NCBI GenBank assembly: GCA_046563655.1 | Contig: CM102283.1 | Span: forward strand, 5,704,001-5,768,000 | DNA length: 64,000 bases | Direction of reading: 5' to 3' | Source: Yuukianura sp. NJ FZ-2021 | Lineage: Eukaryota | In this document: positions 25,501 to 38,541 of the stretch, piece by piece | Position numbering within the stretch: the stretch's first letter is position 1 | Layout of the letters: each line of letters begins with the position of its first letter | Notes under the pieces: model-generated | Databases searched by the model: none | Told to the model about the DNA's origin: nothing | What the model saw: only the letters and a program-made list of their open reading frames with translations | Translations under genes and position numbers: made by a program

Positions 25501-28500
25501 AGGAGGGAAAGTTTAAATTTTTTAATTAAGAACGAAAAATTAGGATCCTTCTTTTTTACAACAGTCTCCGTAAAGTCAAAATTGAAAAGTTTTCCACTTC
25601 AATTTCTTCACCCTCCTCTGGAAAACTTAAAATATTCACTCGTTTACTTTTACAACTTTTCACTAAAAACTTCTAAAACGTCGAAAGCCCTCTCACTACT
25701 TTTTTCTTTTGAAAAATTGAAAGTCGGTGTTGAAAAGTAGGAAAGTCGTAGCCAACAGGGGCTTCACGGAAGCGTTAAAAAAGAAAAGAGAGACAGACGC
25801 TACCAACCGTGTTAGCATTTGAGAGGCCCTGCAGGGTGAAAGTAAAAGAGATTGTATCATTTTAAAACTACTTTTTTCAAACTTTCCCGCCGCTTTTACT
25901 TGCCCAAAGGCGCCTTGCGGAGTAAACAAAGTTCTTTGGCGAAGTGGAGACGTACGGCAAGGCCGTTGTCCATTTGTCACGGATTGGTCCAAGTGGAAAA
26001 TTGGCCAAAGGACGTTTTTTTGAAACGGATTTTTCCCGCTCTTTTTTGTGAAATGCGGAGTGTTTACCACTAATAAGTCCCCTGGGCCCTTCGTTTTATT
26101 TACTCCTTTGCACGTGACTTTCCTGTTGACTACCAATGTTCAAATTGAGACACCAGCGGAAACCGTGGGGGGTAAGGAAGACGCGTGGCGTCTGCGCGTG
26201 GCCAACACGCTCGTGACTCCTTTCTCTTGATGGCCCAATCACTCGCCTCATTTCACTTGTTCTAGGGAAAGCGCCAGTATTTGAATTCCCAGATTTCAAA
26301 CAACTGATTCCGAAATGAAACAAAGAACGGCGTTTGGATCCCAGGATATTAACAATTTCACATTACGTTCGCCCCTGTGGTCAAAGCAGAATCGGGCCAC
26401 CAGAAACTGGTGTGGTTAGCGCTTGGCGTACGACATGAAAGTTTGCGTACACGGTAGCATTAAAGTATGCATGCGCGAAGGAATCGGATTCGACGTGGAG
26501 AAGTTTAAACTCAACACAAAGGTCAAACAATTTGAAAAACATTAAAAATTTTCAATTTGGAAAAAGTTTGGCAGTCTGTGACCGGAGGCTGAAAATTTGC
26601 AATCCCAGGAACTTTTTTTTTTCAAAAGTTGTGGAATTGATTTTTGAAATTTTAGTATCCAGAGAGCACCCTACGCATTTTTTTTGAAATTTCCTTTTGT
26701 TGCACTGGGGTTTTCTAGTGTAGTTGAAATTTGAATTGTATTGCATTCCAATCATTCCTCGCTCCGTTAGTCATCCTCCGAAGCGTAATGCACAAGGGAA
26801 AATTCAGAAATGGCAATTTGTCATCCACTAACTACACTCACTGCTCCACCCTTCCACAACTGGAAACTCAACAATAGAAAATAGAAAGTAAAACACATTA
26901 TGGTAAGAGAAAGTTTTTAGAAAACTTTTTCAGCAACAGTTTTTACTCACTGTTAAAAAGATGCATAAAAGCCCAAGTGGTGATCCTATTTTGAACAAGG
27001 GTTTCATTTTCGAAAAAGAATCAAAATGCACGGTTTCGTTTTGGGTGAATTCATAATTTTTACCCTCATTTCTATTCTCGTGGGCTCGCGGACCTTGAAG
27101 TTTCGCTTTGTTTTGAAAATTGGGTAACATTTTGAACAATCGGCTTATTTTTTTGCCCGTTTCTGACATAATTTTCTGCATAAATGGAGCACTTCACGTG
27201 TTCCACAGTTGTATTGAATAGGCAACAGCTGAGAACAAATCATGCGGTCAAAGGTCGACAGTTGCAACAGCTCGCACTGCAAGAGAAAGTTGATTTGAAT
27301 CAATCAAAATTTCTATTCAAATTATTTAAAATTCAGCTAATCTTAAATTAAAAAAGTCTGTTTTAAAATTTGAAGACTACATATAAGTTTTCACCTTCGA
27401 ATTTGAAAGAATTCAACTCACAGAAAAACAACGCGAATTGACGAAGACTGGAGTTGCGCTGCTAATTTAAGTGTAACTTCGGCAGTTACGTTAAAAAACC
27501 GAAACGCAAAATGACATACTGAGCATGCTCATACTGAATTTTTAACTTATTAACAACGAGAATACCGTTCTAGTTAATTTTACATTGCTACCTTTGCTAT
27601 TTAAGTAAAATAACACCTCAATCCGGACTAAATTATAATAAATGTCACGCACTGGAATCCAAATTAATTTGGAAGGGCCCTGTGCTGTGGAGGGGTCCCT
27701 TGGCAGGGGGACTTCAGCTGTTACGTGATCTCCTTTCTCTGCCGTCAGTGTCGGAAGGTCAGCTTTCAACTTTGATTTCTTTTTTCTGTGTCTGTTTGTT
27801 TGGCTTTCTCCTGAATTAATTCCGGAGAGATGAAGAAGGAACCTTATCGGTTTCAACTAATCCCATCCGCTTAATGCCCGTATTTGGCCCTTCCGTTTTG
27901 ACAGCTTGTCACCTCCTGCGCTCCCTTCAAAGTCACACCGGATCAAGTTACACAACCAAAAAGTCTAATCTCATCTCGCAACAAGTTTCGGATTTTTCTA
28001 ATTTCGGAAAAATGTGAATTTTCGGTTTCTGTTTCTCCAAAAACTGAGCATCGCTGAAAATACAATGAATCAGGGAGTCTACAAATCAAAATCAGGTTGG
28101 ATCCAATAACAAGCATAGAAACCCAAAGCTCAAAAATTTTCAGATTTGGAAAAATTTTAGATTTTTTTAAAAAGAAAATTCAGCCTTACAGAGTTCCAAC
28201 ACTAAATGCAGCATTTATCCGGTACACCGAAATGAAAAATCAGAGGTGGTTTATGTATTTTTTTTTCGTATGAAATTTTGGTAGTGAAAGCGTAGGCTGT
28301 TTGTTGATCTTCTGTGAATCTGGGATGTGATCCTGTTTGGCCTTCCGTCCAGCAGCTAGGGGTGCATTGTTGCTGTCAGCGGTGGGTCTGACTTATTAGT
28401 GCATGCACAACAATAGTCGGCACCTTTGTCCACGCTCAGGCACGTGTTGTCGCTTAATAATATTCAACTCCATCCATATTCATTTGGAACCAGGGCTTAG

Positions 28501-28680
28501 GAACCCCCGCTTTCTTCATTTCATTACTCCCTCTGACTCATCTTTCCCCCAAATGAATCCATCAGGTCAAAGGTCAAATTATATTTTGCATTTACTCTTC
28601 ATTTAAAAAAAACACTTTGGCCATTTTCCGTCTTCTATGATTGACTCAAGATTGTGTGAAGTGTTTTGTTTTCTCCACAT

Positions 28681-28760
28681 TCTGATTGGCCAATCACTGC
28701 CTATTGGCTGATGTGTGCCCTGGAAGAAGGAAAAGGCAGTTTGGGGGGTCACGTGACCAG
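28681..28760. promoter_or_regulatory. Candidate regulatory cluster upstream of Lmx1 (palindromic double CCAAT, third CCAAT, palindromic E-box)
   Basis: tgattggccaatca (28683-28696), ctattgg (about 28701) and ggtcacgtgacc (about 28747-28758), roughly 1.5 kb upstream of the Lmx1 ATG. Function is inferred only. Confidence 0.3.
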
Positions 28761-30211
28761 GGGCCCTTAAAGTCCTCTTTGTCTCTCATCCTACTATTTA
28801 CACAACATTCTTAATTTCGAACTTCCAACTGCAGTTTGCCCGGGAAAATGGGAAAGGTTTTGTCTTGTTTTTGTGGAAGCGGAGCGTGTGAACGCTGAAA
28901 GTGGACTTTCTCCGAAGAACTCTCTGATATTGGTGTGTCCGTTTGGCAAATACGCCGAGGATGTTGGGATTAAAGTCTGTTTGAATCTAGATCCATAAGT
29001 ACACAAAACTATAGTAAACGAAAGTGTTCCCGAAGGCACAAAAAGTGACTAATAGGACACACAACCACGAAAGTGCAGCGCCAGCCACAGGAACAAACTG
29101 TTGGATCCACAACTTCAGGATTCTGATAAATTTTGCAGATTTCATATTCTATTATTTTATTTTTAGTTTTATGAATTTTGTAAATAGAGTTACTCGAAGT
29201 AGTTCTGTTGAATCCTGAATTTGAATTTGCAAAACCAGATGCTGCGGGGTTTGTAATTATTCATTTCCATGTTCTACAACTGTGGAGAGCAGAAAGAGAC
29301 AGGAATACATTACGTCTCACAGGAAAATTTGAATTGACATTGTAAAATATAGTAACAGCAACTAAATCGACTAAAATATAAGTAGCTTAAATTTAAAATT
29401 AAAATTTCCAAAAGTATTGTTTAATTTTTTTTTGGAAAAATAAATTCTTTAAGACGGATAAGTAACAAAATTCTATTTTTTAAAGAATGATTTCCTTTTC
29501 CAGATTTAAAAGAAAAATTCATAATATTTAAAATAATATACAAAGTGACCCAACGTTATTTGAATTACTCAAAAAACGTTGCATTGACCATTACAGTACA
29601 TTAAGAAGCTGTTTACATAAAGTTGTTCCGTGGAGAAAGTTTAAGCAGGTTTATTTTTTCGTTTCTCCTTTCTCTGTACATATTTTTTTCTTCCTTTTTT
29701 TTCAATTTTATTTTAGTTTTTTGTTCCATAGAATGTGGATTGAAGTGTGTTTTGTTGAGCCTAAGTTTTTTTTCGTTATTCGGAAGAGTGAAGTAGGGGG
29801 AGGAGTGGTGAGTGGAGAAAGTGAGGGTTGTGATTGGCTGAGTTGATTTGATTGAGAGGCGTGGCATATCCTCTTTCCCCGATCTCCGAAAAATCGGAGA
29901 GTTGTGCAAATGCCCTTTGCCCCACACTACCAGTCAGTTCAGACTCATCCGGAGGTCAGGAGACACACACATTTTTATCCAATTTTTAGCAGAACTTGAA
30001 AACTGTATGTTTGGAACGTGTTGATTAGGCCCGTTGGGAGATCAGTTCAAGTCGGAGTGTTTTGTGGTTGAAATTAGAGATTTACAAGGGACCCACAGAA
30101 GGACTTTCGGTTTTTGAAGTGGAGTTGACTTGTGGGTCACTTCAAAATTAGTTTTGAATTTTGAAAACCAACAATTTCAGAATTAGTGGAGTGCCGAAGT
30201 AGACGGCAACC

Positions 30212-32863
30212 ATGTTGGAATTCAAAGACCAAATGAAGGCAGAATCTGATTCGGGTAACTTTGCCAAATCAAATTTTGAAAACTGTTTTAGTTTAAAAAA
30301 CGTATTAAATCAGAAAAATGTCTATAAACCTGTACAATCTAAAAAAAAGTTCAGCGAATTTTGTGAAATTTTCGGAAGCACAAAAACTCAAAAACTTACA
30401 TAAGCCAATATAAAAAAAAAGTCTTATAAAAGTTTTAGAATTTGCCAGTAACTTGATTCTAGCCGATGAAACTCGTAAAAATTTTGCTAATTCTTTTTCG
30501 AACTTTTGAGTTAGTTAGAAATGTTTATTTGCCAAAAGTCAGACTTTAAATAAAAAAACTTTGAAATAGAAAAACTCAACTTTCCACCTGAACATTAGAA
30601 TTTCAGCGAAAAAAAAATAGTAATTACAAAATATCAAAAGTTAATATCAGAATAACTCCTAGTTTTTCTTTGTGTACAAAATATAGATGGATGTCACAGT
30701 CACTTGCGCGGTGAACTGTGTGAACGTTGTGGTCAGAAGATCCGTGACCGCTGGTTGCTCAAAGTCGGTGAGACACATTGGCACGAAGAGTGCTTGACCT
30801 GCTGCGTCTGTCACGCCCCCCTTGCCCACTCCTGCTACTTCCGCAACACCAAACTCTACTGCAAAGTGGACTACGACAGAATCTTCGGAGTCAAATGTTC
30901 CCGCTGTGGAGAGAGACTGTTGCCACAGGAACTCGTCATGCGAGCATCCGTAAGTTTCAGCCAATTCAATTACTTTCTGCCTCATTGCTCTTGATTGATG
31001 GAGACTCATAGGTGTCAAAGACTAAGGTGAAGAAGTTGCGGGCAATGAAAATGGCGGCGGGATTTGAACGCATTTTGAATAAGTGGTGAAGTTTATTTGG
31101 AATTCATGGAGATGCATAAGCTCCTTGTGGTTTTCCATCTTTTAGCCATAAATCCCTGCTGCTGACACCTGTAAATTACACTAGCTTTTTCTTCCTTATG
31201 TTCTGCTTATGACTTTTTCAATTTCAATTTTTGAAAAGTGAAAGTTGAATTTTAAATTGCACTAAGAACTTTTGCAATTCAAACCTTTTGAAATTCAAAA
31301 GTGACCGCCCTGGTTGCCCTCCCACTGAACCTAAAGTGTAACTTTGATGACAGGGTATCATGATGATATGTTTGGAATGGAACCTGATACGAATCTTTTC
31401 ATAAAAAATAAATTCGAAAATTACATGTATTTTGATTTTTATTGAAATTTGATAGACACAAGTATTTCATTTGGCCTGTTTCGTCTGTACGGCCTGCTGC
31501 TCTCCCCTCCAGAAAGGTGACCAATTCATCCTCCGTGGCACGCAAATCTACTGCCGTGCAGATTTCGAAAAAGAAATGTACCTCCTCCAACAATCAAACA
31601 GTCCAAGGGGTAAGTACGGGGTCAGGTCAATCTTCAAAAAATCAGGAAATTGATTTGGTTTTTTGATCGAACTCTCTCGTGTCAAGTCCAAAAGAAATTA
31701 AAATTTTGATTAGAAAAACAATTGGGAGTTCAGAAAAAAAAAGAAAGAAGAAGAGAAAACAAAAAGAGAAAAGTTCCAACAAAACTATTCAGAATTAAAT
31801 TTAAAATTTAAAAATTTTAAATGTAGAAGCAAAATTTAAGGAAATGCAATATAAAAAAACATGAAATGCTAACAATAACAATGCATTCTTGGAAACTGCA
31901 GGCAGTGACGATGTCATTGGAGACGAGAACAGCAGACCACGAGACGGTCGTCGAGGCCCGAAGCGTCCGCGTACCATTCTTACTTCTGCGCAGCGCCGTC
32001 AGTTCAAAGCTTCCTTTGAAATTAGTCCAAAACCCTGCAGAAAGGTAATCATTTTTCGACTTAAATGTTGAACAATGACCTTTGACCTTTCAGTTGAACT
32101 TTGAGATTTGAATTGTACTTGAATCTTTGAGATTTGAGTTATCCCTTGAATCTTGAATTGACCTTTGACCTTGTCATGGTTTTAGGTGCGAGAAGCCTTA
32201 GCAAAAGAAACTGGTCTTAGCGTCCGAGTTGTCCAGGTTTGGTTCCAGAACCAGCGAGCTAAAATGAAAAAGTTACAGCGGAAGGCTAAGCAGGATCCAA
32301 GTGACGGGAAAGGTGACAAGGAAGGGAAGGACAAGGATGACAAGAACCACAAAAGTGATACGTCGTCATCCGAGCCTTCTGGACACTACTTTGAAGGTCA
32401 ATCGGATGACCCCTTCACTCCCTCCAGCTCTCAACCGCTTAATCCAAACATGCCATACTCACCAGACGGTAATTGCCAATCAGAAACTTTCTTTAAAACA
32501 AGTCTCCGCTGTAGACATGATTCGAAAAACATGTTTTAGGCAATTTTTGAACGAATATTTTGAATTCCTAGAACTTTTAAAAACCAAAATTGAAAAAAAA
32601 ACTTGATTGATCGATTTTCAGACGCCTATCCTACAAATTCCGGTGAGAGTTTCTGTAGCTCCGAGCTTTCTCTAGAAGATTCCACTGGACTTGAAGGGCT
32701 GGACGACTCCGGACCGGAACTGCATGTCCATCCACTGGATCTGCCTGGTCATGGTGGAGGTCACGGAGGTCACGGCCTGCCAGAACTCCTCCCACCATAT
32801 TCCCAAATCAATCCCATTGACAAGCTGTATCTCATGCAGAATTCTTACTTCACCGACACTTGA
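30212..32863 (+). CDS. Lmx1: LIM-homeodomain transcription factor Lmx1
   Basis: Exons 30212-30254, 30687-30949, 31456-31609, 31902-32044, 32186-32468, 32622-32863. Two LIM domains, homeodomain [57 protein letters not shown] and the Lmx1 C-terminal motif [14 protein letters not shown]. Confidence 0.95.
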
Positions 32864-33931
32864 ACCCCCCCTTAAACATTTGGAGTCCAAAGATGAAAGG
32901 GAGCAGCGGAAGAATATATTGGATGTTCTAGGTTTTTCTGGAGACAAGATGCCCTGACTCCCTTTGTCCCTTCCACTTTCACTTTGAAGATGAAGGGAGA
33001 AAGTAATGAAAGTGGGAGGGCTGCTCCGTCTCCATGGCCTCCGCTCAATTTCGGATTCTTGTATCGTGGAGCCTTGGTTCCTCTGGCTGGCGGACTTTAT
33101 TGAATTCTATTCTTTACACAAGGAGAGGCTCATATTGGACTTTCTCCGCCGAGAAACTGAGAAGACAGCCCCCCTCCCTTCCATTCCTCACATTCTGCTC
33201 CTGGAAGCTGAGGGAGATCACATGCAGACAAAGGGATTACAATCGCCTTCTTTCCATGGAAACTCACATATATTTTACTTTCACTTTCCACAAGATCCGA
33301 CCTTCAGTATGTTCATGTTCCAACGTTGGAACTTCTAAGGTTCTGAAATCTGAAAAAAAAAGTCAAGAAAATGTTAAGCAAAACACGAGAGAGAAAGTCC
33401 TCATATGATACTTTCCGACGCGTCAACCTACGTTGAGGAAGAAAGCAAATCCGAGCCCAATTCACTATAGGGTAAATTGTAAAAATGAATTAAACTTTTA
33501 GATTAACTTAAGTTATGGATACCGACATACTTTCTAACAGCTTAAGAATGCTTTTCTAACCCAAAGTTAACTTTTATTTAAGCAAGGTAAGGTAAGCTTC
33601 GGGATTTAGAATTTTAATTCTCCTGTAAAGGTGCATGATCCGTAATGTAAACTACGAAGTTAAATTTCAAAAAATAAAGGCAAAATAGATTTTGACATTT
33701 GATTTAAGGAAGTAATCGTAATACGGGATTTCAATTAGTAGTTTCCAAAAACAGGTTAGTATCCGAGTTTTTATTGAAAAGAGAACTGAAAAAGTGGAGT
33801 AACTCCTGACAAACACGTATATTCAAAATTTGCACTTTTACACTTTGTATTATTTCCAAAGCCGGACCAAACCCTGCTGCGGTGTTTTTTTAGAGGACGG
33901 CGTTTCTTAGAAGTTTTACGGTACGTGAATT

Positions 33932-34651
33932 TTATACTTTCCGGGTGTAAGTAGCACGAAGATGATTATTGAGTGAGGGAGTTCTGGTAGTTGCCATACT
34001 TAATTCTTGCATCATTTCATTTTCGGAGAGTTGTATAAACTTGCGTTCAATCTGGAATTTAATACAAAATTTTAATTTTTGTTTTTGAATTTAGATTTCT
34101 TGTATATATACCATCGTCACTTCCGGTTCTTTAGCAGCACTCATTCGAACTAAGTTCTTGCTCTTCAAAACGATTTTTTGAGGGTCACACAACTGAGTTT
34201 CTTCCAAAGATACGACACCTTTACATCATACATGAACGTTTAACAATTCGATGTCAAATTAAACGGCAAAATGATATTTTAGAGGATTACCGAAATTGTG
34301 GGCGACCATAAATGACCAACCAGAGCCATTTGCACGCAAAAATCCGCTTTCTAAATGCATCGGGCTTTTCTTCTCCGGATGGGACGATGAGCCAGTGTAC
34401 GCCAGAACTGGTTGTTGACCACACAGCTAAAGTGAAATCAAAATACAACGATTTACTGAACGTTAACGCTTAATTCTTTCTTCAGGCTTAAAAGTAACAT
34501 TTAGAAGTAAGAGCACCTTAAATTCAACAGTGTCATTGTAATTGAAATCCTTGCTGTTAGGGAAATGGCCAAAACCGTCTTTACTCTCCCAAACCCCAAC
34601 AAGCCATGCAATTGGTTTCAGAACTTCCGCAATTTGACCTTCCAGCTCCAT
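33932..34651 (-). CDS. THAP4: Stand-alone nitrobindin (THAP4 C-terminal/DUF1794-like heme beta-barrel) protein
   Basis: Exons 34651-34517, 34426-34291, 34218-34112, 34051-33932. Product includes LKPIAWLVGVWES..GFGHFP..KDFNYNDTVEF..GQQPVLAY...PMHLESGFLR...MVAHNFGVVSLEE...IERKF...MATTRTP...HLRATYTR. No THAP zinc-finger exon seen. Confidence 0.85.
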
Positions 34652-34774
34652 GTTAATTTATTAATTTTAGGCTGCAACACCAAGGACAGCAGAATGGACA
34701 AAATCAATTGTATAGCAACAATCAGACAACAGACAGAATCAATCAAAGTTAGCAGGTCAGCTGATGAGGAAAAC

Positions 34775-35173
34775 CAGTGTTGCTGGATATCCACTTTTTC
34801 GATATTTCATCCACGGCTGGATATCCAGTGGATGAAATGGACGAAATGGATGAATCCAAAGGGGCGGAGCTTTGCCCGCAGGGTATGCATAATTTGATAA
34901 TAAAGATTGAAAAGGAATGAAAAACAATACAAAAACAACCGGAAATCGTGCTAAAATAACTTCTAATAACAAAACCAATTAGATAAAAGCGGTTTAAATA
35001 CTTAATTAAACTATTTCCTATTATTTAATATAAATTTATTTGAAATTGGCGTTGAGTTTTTCAACTCAGCTGATTTCTTCCATCCACCATCCAGTTGGAC
35101 CCCATTTCATCCACTGGATATCCAGTGGAAGTGGCAATTAAGCCACTGGACGTTTAAGCATCCAGCAACACTG
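34775..35173. mobile_element. Non-autonomous hAT-like MITE (399 bp)
   Basis: 14-bp TIR cagtgttgctggat / atccagcaacactg, an exact 8-bp TSD aggaaaac (34767-34774 and 35174-35181), and a 24-bp subterminal inverted repeat ctggatatccagtggatgaaatgg / ccatttcatccactggatatccag. Confidence 0.88.
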
Positions 35174-35934
35174 AGGAAAACAGAAGCCTAGAAACTCCCG
35201 CTTTCCCTCGCTTTAATTTCAGTTTTGAATTTATAAATCAATTCGGTTGGTGTAAGGTTCGACTACCACAATTGTAGCCGGGCAGTGTAGCCAGTAACCG
35301 CTTTGTCATTCAGACTCAATAAGTGGCCATACTGGGCGAAAATCCATGTTGCCATTTCTGGTTAGATTAAGTTTAAAGTGGCTGCAGTGAATATGTTCAC
35401 GGTGAACCGTGTACCTGTACTCAACTGCACCGATTGTTGCAACAACATGTTGACACCGATAACGGATTATGGTCGTTCAGTCTTAAGTCATCCATCAATT
35501 TAATTTGCAAAGGTGAAGAGTGATTTTCATATTTTGGGCATTTGGTAAGACACACTAAATAAGTAAAATGTTAATTAGCTGCCAAAATGAATTGTTCCTA
35601 ATTGTGAATTAATTGGAATGCACAAGAAGAACAATTGATGGGAGATGGGAGCTTTCGTGCTTTGTGTATAAGAAAACGACACAGGTGAAGCTCATGCAAT
35701 GAGCGGCAAATTTGAATTACAAATTTGAAAGGTCACTTTCATTTTTTTCCAACCCAAATAAACTTTGAAAAAGAAAATCAGGAGAGAGAGACAATACAGA
35801 GAAGAAGGAAAACTGCACAACAACAAAGCAAAATCATCTTCGTCAATCAACTTTCTTCACCAGTTGACCTGTTCGATTGCCCGAGTTTGATTGATTTTGG
35901 TTTACTCCTATCCTCGAAACCAAGGATTCCGAAA

Positions 35935-36889
35935 ATGCCAACGATGTGTGAAGATGAATATGGAACTACACCGGTACAGCATCATGGATTTAATCCATAT
36001 ACGGAGAATGGAGGGTAACGGGGTTTTCTGATTAATTTATTGTTCCGATTAATCGTTTTCGTTGTTATTATTCATATGGGGATTTTCTACAATTCTATCC
36101 TAATTTTAACAGGAGTGTTGTCGCTGTTGCCGGCGAAGGATTCGCAGTAATTGGATCGGATACTAGGCTCTCGGCAGGGTATGCAATTTATACCCGAGAT
36201 CAATCCAAATTGACTGTCTTAGGCAAGAAGAGCGTTCTAGGAGCGTGTGGATGCTGGTGTGACGTTTTGACTTTGACGCGTCTCATTGATGCCCGAATGA
36301 AGGTAATTGGGAATTGCTTAGATTAGATTCATGGAACTAAAAAGATTGATTTCGGATCGTAATTAATCTCTGGGTATGCTTTTAGCTTTACAAGCATGAG
36401 CACCAGAAGGAAATGTCAACCGTGGCCGCAGCTCAGATGTTATCCACGATGTTATACAACAAGCGGTTCTTTCCGTATTATGTTTCCAACACCTTAGCCG
36501 GGCTTGATGCCAGTGGTAATGGAGTGGTGTACAGTTATGACCCCGTGGGTCACATGGAGCTTAGTAAATTCCATGCAGGAGGTTCTGCCGGAGCTTTTTT
36601 GCAGCCGCTTTTGGATAACCAGGTAGCCTATACGTCGAGTAACGTGAACTAACTCAAATTTTAAAGAACAATTCCTTATCTGTCGTACTTCTGGATTACT
36701 TAGATTGGATATAACAACATGACAGTGAAACCCACGCAGCCGCTGACTCTGGACAAGGCAATCAGAATTATCAAAGATGTCTTCACCTCCGCTGCAGAAC
36801 GGGAAATTCATACCGGAGATGGACTCATCATCAACATTATCACCAAGGATGGTATTCGAGAGGAACGCTTTCCACTTCGTCAGGATTAA
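35935..36889 (+). CDS. PSMB1: Proteasome subunit beta type-1 (beta6)
   Basis: Exons 35935-36014, 36113-36302, 36386-36622, 36704-36889. Motifs [59 protein letters not shown] and [15 protein letters not shown]...FPLRQD*. Confidence 0.95.
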
Positions 36890-37260
36890 ATTACCCATCC
36901 ATAAATTACTACTTTCAATTACTCTTTAAAATACAAAGTAAACTCTTTCAAATAAAGGTAAAAATAAACTTATTGGTACTGGTCTGATGATTCTGCAGGT
37001 TGGATTTGTAATTTAAGGTTTTCTACGATTTAATTCACCAGAATCGGTAGTGATAACGAAACTACTGGGACTACAGTTAGATTTAGTCCAATGTTATTTA
37101 TAATCATCACTGACGTAGAAAATGAATGAAAGCATTACGGCACGGCTTGAAGCTTCTTGATTATTTATATTGATTTTGAATGATTATTTCTTAATTACGG
37201 GTGTATCCCTCATTGATTGATTATGGCCAAGATGCTGAGGGATATTCGTAGCTTGGCCAA

Positions 37261-37926
37261 TTACTTCTTGGAAGGCGGAGGGGCAAGAGGCTTCCCCTTG
37301 TCTTTTCCACGAAGTTTCATTTCTAAAAGAATCCAAGTTTAAGCATTTCCTAATCGCTAAAAGAATTGTGTAGAAGTTTTTAAAATTCTAACCAATTGCA
37401 CGCTCAATTTTTCCAAGCACAAGTTGGTTGGGAATTCCACGTCCAGCTTCGTAGTCGGTGATCACTTGGGGCTTCTCATTGATCCGCTACAAAGACAAAG
37501 AACAAAAAGCTTAGTTGATAGTAAATATCAAACAGAGACGAAGACCATGCTATCTCAACATACTGTTGCCAAGTCCTTCTGTGACAATCCCTTCGCTTGG
37601 CGTCCCTGCATGATCAACTTGCCCACATCCAGGCTCAAGGTTTGATGCTTCAATTCTTCCGTCTCGTGGTCCAACTTTGCAACGTTCAAGGTCGTGCCAT
37701 GTTGTTTGTTGGTTCCAGCTCCGTACTTCTGGGATGTTTCCACCGTTTGACCGGTTCGACGAGCAGTGTTCACAGCCTGAAACGAAAGAAAACATTGCAG
37801 TCATTCAGTTCAACCCTAGCCTAAAGTTACATCAAATAAAAAATTATTTGTTCTAGGTACCTGTTCGGTCTTCAGTGCTGCTCCCTTAGGCACCTTTTTA
37901 CGCAAAATCGTAACTTCCGTATCCAT
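37261..37926 (-). CDS. EDF1: Endothelial differentiation-related factor 1 / multiprotein bridging factor 1
   Basis: Exons 37926-37861, 37776-37564, 37486-37393, 37322-37261. Motifs [57 protein letters not shown] and [18 protein letters not shown]. Confidence 0.95.
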
Positions 37927-38541
37927 ATTGCTGCGTTTCCTTTAGTTTTTCAACCTTCCTGATGGAGATTAATACGAAAATCGAGAAACTTGCTTCCCCT
38001 GAAAAATAGATTAAATAAATCAAGATCGATTGAATTACGTGTTGCTTGTATTTAACCTGTTGATCTAAATCCAATGCAGATTTAAAACAGCTGATGCAAT
38101 CAAGTTAAGATAAAAACGATCTTCGAACGTCTGGCTCACCTGGAAATGGAACGTACTACGACAGAGCGGATATCTCCGGTAGAGGTAGGAGCTTCTCTGT
38201 AAAAATAAAGATTTATTGGAAATGGAGTATGTGAATTTATAGACAAATCGATCAAAGTAATTGATTTTCAAGTGTTTCCAAACAAAACTGGTTTTTGTTT
38301 TTGTTTTGGTCATTTCAAATTCCATGGAACATGTAAACCAGTGTTTCCGTGCCATCTGGTAGCGGATATTTAAGGATTTCTCTCATATTACATTACCCAC
38401 TCTCTCCCTCTATGCTGATTTGAAGAACTGCTTCCCTTGCTGTCTCTAAAAACACATTGGGTTCTCCTTTCGGATAATTTCAATTTCAATTGATCACTGA
38501 TCTCGCGCTACGGTTTTGGATCAACGTTTCAACCGGAGAAT

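Noticed and set aside
33006-33408. Two overlapping ORFs (110 and 124 aa) downstream of Lmx1
   Set aside because: No recognisable domain or splice support, and they lie in the probable Lmx1 3' UTR.
33458-33473. aattcactataggg resembling a T7 promoter or vector contamination
   Set aside because: Only the 11-nt tcactataggg core matches, the upstream taatacgac is absent, and the flanks are ordinary genomic 3' UTR-like DNA.
36494-36898. Long antisense ORFs over PSMB1 (and similar ones over AlaRS, Myo15, KLF5 and Lmx1)
   Set aside because: These are shadow ORFs on the opposite strand of real coding exons, with no independent evidence.
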